Position numbers and translations under genes: made by a program. A stretch of DNA of 64,000 nucleotides, taken from NCBI GenBank assembly GCA_016794785.1, contig JAEUHC010000007.1, forward strand, positions 43,710 through 107,709, written 5' to 3'. This document shows, one piece after another, positions 19,804 through 27,556 of this stretch; within the stretch, counting starts at the first letter, position 1, and each line of letters starts with the position of its first letter. The notes beneath the pieces were generated by a model that saw only the letters and a program-made list of their open reading frames with translations, ran no database searches and was not told the DNA's origin. Source of the DNA: Opitutaceae bacterium (lineage in GTDB: Bacteria; Verrucomicrobiota; Verrucomicrobiia; Opitutales; Opitutaceae).

Positions 19804-22800
19804 GTGATTCCCGTTTCCCGCCCCATAGCTTCCGGTTGTCCGCACTGCGGCTGCTCGCTGGCGACGGTGGAGACCGAACACCTCTGCCCGGTCTGCCTGT
19901 TTGATGCGTTGGATGCGGCGGACGATGCGGCGGCCCCGTCAGACTCGGGCGGGGTTGGCGTGCCCGGGTCGGCATCTTTGCTGCCGCTGCGCGGCTACAC
20001 GGTCTTGGGCGAAATCGCCCGCGGCGGCATGGGCATCGTCTATCGGGCGCGGCAGTGGTCGCCGGAGCGCGAGGTCGCGCTGAAGATGCTGCTGCCCTTT
20101 TCCGCGGCTTCGCCCGAGTTGCGGGAGCGCTTCCAACTGGAGGCGCGCACGCTCTCCGAACTCGATCATCCCGCCATCCTGCCGATCTACGAGACGGGGG
20201 ACCACGACGGATTGCCATGGTTCGCGATGAAGCTGGCCGCGGGCGGCAGCCTCGCGGAGGCGGCGCCCGGCTACGGGGGCCGGTGGCGCGCGATCGCCGA
20301 ACTGCTGGCGACCTTGGCGGACGCGGTGCAGTTCGCCCACGAGCACGGCGTGCTGCACCGCGACCTCAAGCCGGGCAACATCCTCTTTGACGGCGCGGGG
20401 CGGCCCTTCGTGGCGGACTTCGGCCTGGCCAAGCTCATCCGGCACGACAGCGCTTTCACCCAATCGCGCCTGGCGATGGGGACGCCGCACTACCTCGCCC
20501 CGGAGATCGCCGCGAGCAGCGCGCAGCATGCCACGATCGCGAGCGATGTGTATGGTCTCGGGGCGATTTTGTTTGAGCTGCTCGCCGGGCGCCCGCCGTT
20601 CGAGGCGGAGGGCATGCCCGCGCTGGTGCGGAAGATCGCCGAGGAGGATCTGGCCCGCGTGCGGGGAAACCCCGGCGCAGACACCGCCCCCATCCCGCGG
20701 GATCTCGAGGTCATCACGCTCAAGTGCCTCGCGAAGCATCCCGCTCAGCGCTACGCCAGTGCGCGCGAGCTGGCGGAGGAGCTGCGGCGCTGGATGGCCG
20801 GCGAGCCGATTCTCGCGCGCCCGGCCGGGGCCGGGGAGCGACTGGTGCGCTGGGCCCGGCGCAGGCCGGCGCTCGCGGCCGCCCTGGCCTCGTGCGTCGT
20901 GATCGGGATGGGAGGCGTGGCGGGAATCCTCCGCCAGCTGAAGCAAACGGAGGCGGCACGCGCGGTCGCGGTCCAGAAGACCGAGGCCGAGCAGGCGCAG
21001 AGGATGCGTGCGGAGCAGGCGGCGCAGCAGGCCGCGCGCAGCGAGCTCGTGATGCGCCAGAATCTCTACGCCGCCGACATGCTCGGCGTGCAGCGCGCGC
21101 TTGAGCAAAATGATCTGGGGGGCGCGCGCATTTTGCTCGAGGCGCATCGCCCGGCGGCGGGGCAGGAGGATTTGCGCGGGTTCGAGTGGCGCTATTTCTG
21201 GGGCCAGACCCGGCCGCAGAGTTTCCTGACGCTCACCCACGAGGGCCACGAGGTGAGCACGCTCGCATTTTCCCCGGACGGCGCGTGGCTGGCCTATGGC
21301 AGCCGGCAGGTGCTGCTGCACGATGCCGCCACGTTCGAACTGCGCGCGCGGGCCGACACGCCCAGCATCCAATCGCTCGCCTTTCTGCCCGGCAACCAAG
21401 GCCTGCTGCTGGGCAACCGGCAGCAGGAGGTGGCGCGTTGGGATTGGCGCGAGGGCTGGCCCACGCCGGCCTTGTTCAACACCGGAGGTCGCTTTCCCAA
21501 TGTGGCGGTTTCGCCGCAGGGCCTTTTCGCGACCGGCACCGGCACCAACCTGACGGACGGCTCCGAGGGCTCGGCGGCGATCTACGATTCGTTTCCGGCC
21601 GATGCCGCCGCCGTCGCGCGACGGCGCGTGCTGCCGGAATCGGGCGGGGTGATAGCATTCTCGCCCGATGGGCGGTTGCTCGCCACCGGATCATGGCGCG
21701 GCGAGATCAAGCTCTGGCATCCGGAAACCGGGCAGCTGGCCAAGGTCCTCCCCAACGCCCACCGCGTGGTTTCGCTCCGGTTCTCGCCTGATGGGCGGAG
21801 CCTGGTGGCCTGCAGCTTCGACGAGGGCGTGTGGCTTTACGACCTCGCGTCAGGCGCCCAGCGGCCCGTGGCACGCGCGCACAAAGGCTCCGTGGCCGAT
21901 GCCGAAATCTCCCCGGATGGACGCAGCCTCGCGACGGGCGGCGCCGACCAAACCCTCCGCGTGTGGGACCTCGCGAGCGGGCGCCAAACGGCGCTGTTCC
22001 TCGGGCACAGCTATCGGGTCTCCCGGGTGGCGTGGTCGCCCGACGGCCAGGTGTTGGCCAGCGGCGGCCAGGATGGCACGGTGAGGCTCTGGCGTCCTGA
22101 ACAACTGGCGACGGACGAGAAACCCGTCGCCGGCTTGGCGAGACGCGATTTGTTCTCCGCCGATGGCCGCTTGGTGGCGTTGAGTAACGCCGCCGGAGGC
22201 GTGACGGTGCACGAGTTGCCCAGTCTGAAATTGCTGTCCGGGCCGCATCAGGCGGGCCAGCCCGTGGGGTTTGGCCCCGGGGGCGAGACGCTTGTCACCG
22301 TGCAACCGGCGGCGGGAGGATCGGGGGTGCTGGCCCGGTGGGCGGTGGCGGACGGGCGGCGGTTGAGTGAGACTCCGCTCCCCGGATCGGTTCACGCCCT
22401 GGCTTCGCCGATGCTCTCGGCCGATGGGCGCTGGCTTGTCGCCGGCGTCGCGCGCGGCGAGCTCGGCCTGTGGGATTTGTCCGCGGGCACCGAGATGAAG
22501 CGGCTGACCCACACTCGCCTCGGCGCGCTCATGGCGCTGGATATTTCCCCGGACAGCCGGCAAGTGGCCGTCAGCTTCATGGATTCGACGGCGATTCATC
22601 TCTGGGATTTGTCGGCCACTCCCGGGCACGCGACGCTGGGACGGCACAAAGGCTACGTCACCCAGCTCGTCTATTCGGCGGATGGCCGCATGCTGGCGAG
22701 CGCCGATGGGGACAAGTTCATCAAGCTTTGGGACCTGGCGGAGCGGAAGGAAATGGGCCTCCTGCTTGGGCATCGCGAGGGCGTCACCAGCCTTGATTTG

Positions 22801-23040
22801 TCTCCGGATGGGCGGAGCGTGGCCTCGACAAGCATCGATCGGACCCTGCGCCTGTGGAATGTCGCGACCCGACGCGAAGTGGCCCGCTTTGAAATGGCGA
22901 CCGCCTCGCGCTCGGTCCTGTTTTCGCCCGACGGGGGCGCGCTGCTGATTGCGACCCAGAAGGACGACCGCCCGCATCTGACAATCCGGCGGGCACCGAG
23001 TCTGGCCGAGACGGATGCTCCGGCGGTTCCGTCCAAATGA
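19804..23040 (+). CDS. Ser/Thr protein kinase with N-terminal Cys knuckle, TM/coiled coil and WD40 repeats
   Basis: CPHC...CPVC, ARGGMGIVY, VALK, HRDLKPGN, DFGLAK, GTPHYLAPE; many GH...SPDG...WD repeats. Confidence 0.93.
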   Translation: MIPVSRPIASGCPHCGCSLATVETEHLCPVCLFDALDAADDAAAPSDSGGVGVPGSASLLPLRGYTVLGEIARGGMGIVYRARQWSPEREVALKMLLPFSAASPELRERFQLEARTLSELDHPAILPIYETGDHDGLPWFAMKLAAGGSLAEAAPGYGGRWRAIAELLATLADAVQFAHEHGVLHRDLKPGNILFDGAGRPFVADFGLAKLIRHDSAFTQSRLAMGTPHYLAPEIAASSAQHATIASDVYGLGAILFELLAGRPPFEAEGMPALVRKIAEEDLARVRGNPGADTAPIPRDLEVITLKCLAKHPAQRYASARELAEELRRWMAGEPILARPAGAGERLVRWARRRPALAAALASCVVIGMGGVAGILRQLKQTEAARAVAVQKTEAEQAQRMRAEQAAQQAARSELVMRQNLYAADMLGVQRALEQNDLGGARILLEAHRPAAGQEDLRGFEWRYFWGQTRPQSFLTLTHEGHEVSTLAFSPDGAWLAYGSRQVLLHDAATFELRARADTPSIQSLAFLPGNQGLLLGNRQQEVARWDWREGWPTPALFNTGGRFPNVAVSPQGLFATGTGTNLTDGSEGSAAIYDSFPADAAAVARRRVLPESGGVIAFSPDGRLLATGSWRGEIKLWHPETGQLAKVLPNAHRVVSLRFSPDGRSLVACSFDEGVWLYDLASGAQRPVARAHKGSVADAEISPDGRSLATGGADQTLRVWDLASGRQTALFLGHSYRVSRVAWSPDGQVLASGGQDGTVRLWRPEQLATDEKPVAGLARRDLFSADGRLVALSNAAGGVTVHELPSLKLLSGPHQAGQPVGFGPGGETLVTVQPAAGGSGVLARWAVADGRRLSETPLPGSVHALASPMLSADGRWLVAGVARGELGLWDLSAGTEMKRLTHTRLGALMALDISPDSRQVAVSFMDSTAIHLWDLSATPGHATLGRHKGYVTQLVYSADGRMLASADGDKFIKLWDLAERKEMGLLLGHREGVTSLDLSPDGRSVASTSIDRTLRLWNVATRREVARFEMATASRSVLFSPDGGALLIATQKDDRPHLTIRRAPSLAETDAPAVPSK

Positions 23041-23100
23041 GCCCACCGGTGCGGGGATTCCGCCACGCCGGAGCAACGGCTCGCGCCCGCCCTCCCAACC

Positions 23101-24084
23101 CTAGCCATACATCGCGCGCAGGGCCGTCGCGGTCACGCGCAGGCGGTCGCGCAGTTCCTTCGGTTGCAGCACCTCGGCCTCGGCGCCCCAAGCGAGCACC
23201 CAGCGCTCGATCTCGGGCAGCGCGCCGAGGCGGAGCGTGAGTTCGAGGCGGCCCTCGGCCAGTTCGCGCAGCTCCTGCGATTCGTGCCACTCGCGTTCGC
23301 GGATGTGGTCGGCCGCGGTGGCGGAGAAACGGATGACGACGCGATAGTCGCGGTCGCCGCCGAGCACGCCGAGCGCGGTGGCGAAAAACTTCTCCGGCGA
23401 GAAATCCGCCGGGCGCGTGAAGTGCGTCGTGAGGGTCGTGACATTGTCGAGCCGCGGCAGGGCGAAGGTGCGGAGCGCGCCGCGCGTGACATCGAAGCCC
23501 ACGAGATACCACAGGTTCTCGCGGTGCGAGAGGTGATAGGGCCGCACGCGGCGCCGCTCGGCCTGCTTGTCGCCGGGCTTGCGGTAGTCGAACTCGACCT
23601 CGAACTGCCGCAGCGTGGCGCCGCTCAGGGCGTTGAAGGTCGCCAGGTCGGCGCGGCCGAGGCCCACGTTCTTGAACGACACCGACTGCAATTCCTCGGC
23701 CGGTGAAAACGTGATGCGGTCCTTCAGGCCGGCGGTGAGCTTGTCGAACGAGTTCTCCAGCTGCCGGTGAAAGGGCGTGCCGCGGTATTGCTCGAGGGCC
23801 TTGCGGGCGACGAGCAGCGCGAGCAGCTCGCCCTCGGTGACCTGCACCGTGGGAAACGCCGACACGGGATGCGTGTAGCGATAGGCGTTGAGCTGTGCAT
23901 CGAACTCGATCGGCAGGTCAAGGCGGTCGCGCATGAAGGCGATGTCGCGGATGATGGTCTTGCGCGAGACCTCGAGGCTCGCCGCGAGCTTGGTGCAGTT
24001 GGTGAACGCGCCGCGCCGCAGCTCGTCGTGGATGCGCAGCATGCGCTCGAGCGGCGGGCGGGAGAGGGGAGAGGCGGAAGGCAT
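23101..24084 (-). CDS. HTH-WYL-WCX transcriptional regulator (YafY/PafB-like)
   Basis: wHTH LAASLEVSRKTIIRDI, RRVRPYHL...WYLVGFD...LRTFALPRL, WVLAWGAEAEVLQPKELR. Confidence 0.92.
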   Translation of the reverse strand: MPSASPLSRPPLERMLRIHDELRRGAFTNCTKLAASLEVSRKTIIRDIAFMRDRLDLPIEFDAQLNAYRYTHPVSAFPTVQVTEGELLALLVARKALEQYRGTPFHRQLENSFDKLTAGLKDRITFSPAEELQSVSFKNVGLGRADLATFNALSGATLRQFEVEFDYRKPGDKQAERRRVRPYHLSHRENLWYLVGFDVTRGALRTFALPRLDNVTTLTTHFTRPADFSPEKFFATALGVLGGDRDYRVVIRFSATAADHIREREWHESQELRELAEGRLELTLRLGALPEIERWVLAWGAEAEVLQPKELRDRLRVTATALRAMYG

Positions 24085-24167
24085 GGGAGGAGCGGCGAGG
24101 GAGGTGCGGTGTTGGGCGACGGGCAGGGAGGGCGCTGCGTCTCCGGCAGCCAGACCGGCGGGCGTGA

Positions 24168-24221
24168 CGGAAAACTTTTCCGACCCTGGGACAAGCTTTG
24201 TCCCACCGAGAGGCGTAGAGT
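24168..24221. promoter_or_regulatory. Tandem palindromes (candidate WYL operator) and -10 box
   Basis: CGGAAAA-C-TTTTCCG (24168-24182); TGGGACAA-GCT-TTGTCCCA (24187-24205); TAGAGT (24216-24221) 6 nt before ATG 24228. Confidence 0.65.
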
Positions 24222-24227
24222 GCGCGC

Positions 24228-24899
24228 ATGAACTCCACCCGTTACCGCTCCGCCCTCCGGGCCGCCGCCCGCCCCGCCAGCCTCCGCCGCCCGCTGCCCG
24301 CGACCTCGCCGGCCCTCGCTTGGATTCACGACGGCTTCCGCCACCGGGCCACGATCTGGCCCGAGGTGAAATTTGAGCGCGAGATCGCGCCCGGCGAATG
24401 GATTGAGGACGAGGGCAGCGAGGCGATGCTGGCTTCGGCGGCGCTCGGCGTGGGGGCCGCGGCATGGCGGACGTGGTTGGAATTCGCCCCCGCGGAGGTG
24501 CGCGATTTCCTGCACGGCTTCGGTCACGGGCGGATGGCCGCGCTGCAGGTGATCGTGCGCTGCCCGGCGCTGTTGCCGGACCTGGCCGAGACACCGGCGT
24601 TGACGGTGTTTCTCGCCACCCACCGCTCGCTGCGCGGCGGCGGCGCGGCGGCCTGGACGGAGATTTCCGCCATCCACGAACGCGAGGGAATCTTCGGCGT
24701 GCTGCAATGGCTCGGCCTCCCCGCCTCGCGCCAGACCCTGGCGATCCTGCGGCAAGTGGCCGATCCGGATCTGCCGCGGCGGCTGCTGGAGCCGTTGCGC
24801 GCGGCCCTGTGGGAGCCCGAGGCGATCTGGGCCCTATCGCACGCCCCGGCGCTCACGGACGAGCGCATCGCCGCGGCGTGTCACGCGCTGGCGGCTTAA
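24228..24899 (+). CDS. Hypothetical protein divergent from the WYL regulator (possibly like the N-terminal part of PcfJ-family proteins)
   Basis: Host-like codon usage, 223 aa; PAEVRDFL...RCPALL..LAETPAL...WLGLPAS..TLAILR; family link is from recall only. Confidence 0.65.
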   Translation: MNSTRYRSALRAAARPASLRRPLPATSPALAWIHDGFRHRATIWPEVKFEREIAPGEWIEDEGSEAMLASAALGVGAAAWRTWLEFAPAEVRDFLHGFGHGRMAALQVIVRCPALLPDLAETPALTVFLATHRSLRGGGAAAWTEISAIHEREGIFGVLQWLGLPASRQTLAILRQVADPDLPRRLLEPLRAALWEPEAIWALSHAPALTDERIAAACHALAA

Positions 24900-25016
24900 T
24901 GACAAAAGCTCAGCGACGGCCTCGGCAAGGCGGGTGGAGGGCACGATGCGCTTGCGAATGCCCGCGATGCTCGAAAGGACGGTGTAGAGGTTGCTCGCTA
25001 AAGCGCGTGATTAGGC
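24894..25016 (-). mobile_element. attC-like site (123 bp) with non-canonical AAT/ATT cores
   Basis: Minus strand: GCCTAAT-cacgc-GCTTTAGCGA...TCGCTGAGC-ttttgtc-ATTAAGC; begins at the stop codon of the upstream gene. Confidence 0.6.
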
Positions 25017-25475
25017 TACGGTTGGAAGCGACTGTAAGCGGCGGTCTCGCTCGACATACATTTGGTCAAGGGTGCACTCGATAAGCGCGATAACCGCGTC
25101 GCGACTCGGCAATGCCTCGGCGAGGTTCGATGCGATGGTATAGTAAGGCTTACCGGCGTAGGAGTGGAGATGAAGATACGCCTGCATGATTGTTAGATCG
25201 GAGTGAGCCAACACTTGGTCGCGAAGGTCGAGGATTTGATTATGGATTGCAGCGAGATGGGGCGATAACTGCGGCACAGTGAGCTTGCGGCGTCCGTGGA
25301 TGCCGTCGGAACGGGTGTAAGGTCTCGCATACTGAATAAGGGCGAAACGGAAAGCGGCAGCTTGAAGTGCAGAAGGTTTCTCCACGGTGCCCAAGTCCTG
25401 CAAAATGCTCCATGCGCGGTTGAGGCTTTCGATGCATTCGACGTAGTGGACAAAGTCTTCTTGTGCTGGAGTCAT
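25011..25475 (-). CDS. HEPN-like hypothetical protein (cassette gene)
   Basis: Lower GC; helical; ALIQYARPY...ILDLRDQVLAHSD (R-x5-H). Confidence 0.6.
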   Translation of the reverse strand: MTPAQEDFVHYVECIESLNRAWSILQDLGTVEKPSALQAAAFRFALIQYARPYTRSDGIHGRRKLTVPQLSPHLAAIHNQILDLRDQVLAHSDLTIMQAYLHLHSYAGKPYYTIASNLAEALPSRDAVIALIECTLDQMYVERDRRLQSLPTVA

Positions 25476-25726
25476 CGTGCACCGCTTAATTTGGATTGAG
25501 CTGCACGCGACCACGCAGATTTTGTCGCATTTCATCTGCAGCCGTCTGAGTGGGCATGGCCGCAGAATTGATCCGCGCCAGTGAGTTGTCGAAGGAATTG
25601 CCAGGCGCCCTCACCAGCTATTCCGACTTCACGGCGGCGCTTCTGCTTCCTGGGTGTGTGAATGCGGGGCCAGGCCCGGCACGTTTCGCCATTGCACAGC
25701 CGGGAAACTCGCATGGTTTTGTAGGC

Positions 25727-26362
25727 GTGAATCTTCATGTGCTGCCGGCCGGGCCGATCCAGACCAACGCCTATCTCCTGACCGCGCCCGATCGCGGCGA
25801 AGCGGTGTTGATCGATGCGCCGGGCGGCGTGTGGGCCGAGGTCGCGCCGATCCTCGAAAAGGATCAATGTCGCCTCGTCGAACTCTGGCTCACGCACGGG
25901 CATTGGGACCACATGCAGGGCGCGGCCGATATCGTCGCCGCCACCGGCGCCAAGACCCGCGCCCATGCCGAGGATCGCATGCTCTATGAGACGCCCGAGG
26001 TCATGGAGCGCCTCATGGGCGAGGACCTCGGGCTCAAGCCCGTGCGGATCGACCACTGGGTGGGGCAGGGCGACACGTTTGCGGCGCTCGGCCTGAGCGT
26101 CGAGGTGCGGCACGTGCCGGGGCATTGCCCGGGGAGCGTGTTGTTCCATGTCGCGTCGCTCGGCGCGGCGTTTGTGGGCGACGCGCTGTTTGCGGGCAGC
26201 GTCGGGCGCACGGATTTGCCGGGCGGAAACTTTGCGCAACTCGAGCGTGCGATCCGCGGGCAGATCTACACGCTCCCGGGTCCGACCGTGGTCTTGCCCG
26301 GTCACGGCCCCAAGACCACTGTCGCCTACGAACGCGCCCACAATCCCTATGTCCGCGACTGA
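25727..26362 (+). CDS. MBL-fold metallo-hydrolase (glyoxalase II/YcbL-like)
   Basis: THGHWDH, PGHCPGS, GDALF, PGHG. Confidence 0.9.
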   Translation: MNLHVLPAGPIQTNAYLLTAPDRGEAVLIDAPGGVWAEVAPILEKDQCRLVELWLTHGHWDHMQGAADIVAATGAKTRAHAEDRMLYETPEVMERLMGEDLGLKPVRIDHWVGQGDTFAALGLSVEVRHVPGHCPGSVLFHVASLGAAFVGDALFAGSVGRTDLPGGNFAQLERAIRGQIYTLPGPTVVLPGHGPKTTVAYERAHNPYVRD

Positions 26363-27506
26363 ACACGAAGCCTTCATGCGCCAAGCGCTCGACCTCGCGC
26401 GACGGGCGTGGGGCGCCACGCATCCCAATCCCATGGTCGGCGCCGTGATCGTCGAGGAGGGGCGCGTCGTCGCCGAGGGCTTCCACGAGCAGGACGGCGG
26501 GGCCCACGCCGAGCGCCTCGCGCTGCTCAACCGCGGCAAGATGCCGCGCCCCGGCGCCACGCTCTATGTGACGCTCGAGCCGTGCTCCACGCACGGCCGC
26601 ACCGGCGCGTGCACGGACGCCATCATCGCCTCCGGCATCAAGCGCGTGGTCGTCGGCGCGACCGATCCCAATCCCGGCCACTCGGGCCACGGCTTCGAGG
26701 TGCTGCGCGCGGCCGGCGTGGAGGTGATCACGGGCGTGCTGGAGCGCGAGTGCGCGGACCTCAACCTCATCTTCAACCACTGGGTCACGCACGGGCCGCT
26801 GATTGCGGCCAAGGTCGCCGCGACGCTCGACGGCAAGCTCGCCTGCCGCACCGGCGATTCCCGCTGGATCACCAATGAGCGCTCGCGCGCCGATGTGCAC
26901 CGCTGGCGCCGGCTCTTCCCCGGCATCGCCGTGGGCGCGATGACCATCCTCAAGGACAACCCCCGCCTGACCGCGCGCCGCGCCGGCGAGGCGGAGTGGT
27001 GCCCGTGGCGCTTCGTCTTCGACGGCCTCCTGCGCACCGTCGTGGACAAGAACCTGCCCGCTGTCTTCACCGACGAATTCCGGCACCGCACGATCGTCGT
27101 GACGACACCGCACGGCGGCCTCGGCTATGTGCGAAAGCTGCGCGAAATGGGCATCACGGTCTGGACCTTCGACTCCCCGACCCAGCGCGTGCCGTTTGCT
27201 GATTTCCGAAAAAAATGCGCGGAGGAGCGCATCTCCGGCGTGTTTGTCGAGGGCGGCGCGCAGCTCATCAGCGAACTCGTGCGCGCGCGCCAGCTCGACT
27301 ATCTTTTCGCCTACCACGCGCCCATCATTCTCGCGGACGACAAGGCCAAGACGATCTTCAGCGGCCTGCGGCCGGAGCGCATCGAGCACGCCCTGCGCCT
27401 CACCGATATGCGCCACGAGGTGTTCGACGGCGACATGCTCATGCACGGCCGCATGGTCTATCCCGAAAAACTCATGGTCGATGAGACGGCGTTTGGTGCG
27501 CGATAA
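26349..27506 (+). CDS. ribD: Riboflavin biosynthesis deaminase/reductase
   Basis: PNPMVGAV, HAE, TLEPC...C, ATLDGK, VEGG. Confidence 0.93.
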   Translation: MSATEHEAFMRQALDLARRAWGATHPNPMVGAVIVEEGRVVAEGFHEQDGGAHAERLALLNRGKMPRPGATLYVTLEPCSTHGRTGACTDAIIASGIKRVVVGATDPNPGHSGHGFEVLRAAGVEVITGVLERECADLNLIFNHWVTHGPLIAAKVAATLDGKLACRTGDSRWITNERSRADVHRWRRLFPGIAVGAMTILKDNPRLTARRAGEAEWCPWRFVFDGLLRTVVDKNLPAVFTDEFRHRTIVVTTPHGGLGYVRKLREMGITVWTFDSPTQRVPFADFRKKCAEERISGVFVEGGAQLISELVRARQLDYLFAYHAPIILADDKAKTIFSGLRPERIEHALRLTDMRHEVFDGDMLMHGRMVYPEKLMVDETAFGAR

Positions 27507-27556
27507 CGCGGCCCTGCCGCCCTGAGCCGTGATTCGAGTGACTGGTTTTCTTTCCC

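Noticed and set aside
25491-25720. Complete second attC site or multi-cassette array
   Set aside because: Only a right-end-like fragment is visible; no matching left arm or further ORF
25704-25728. Third copy of the ECF promoter motif (GAAACTC)
   Set aside because: The GGGAA element is absent at 13-nt spacing
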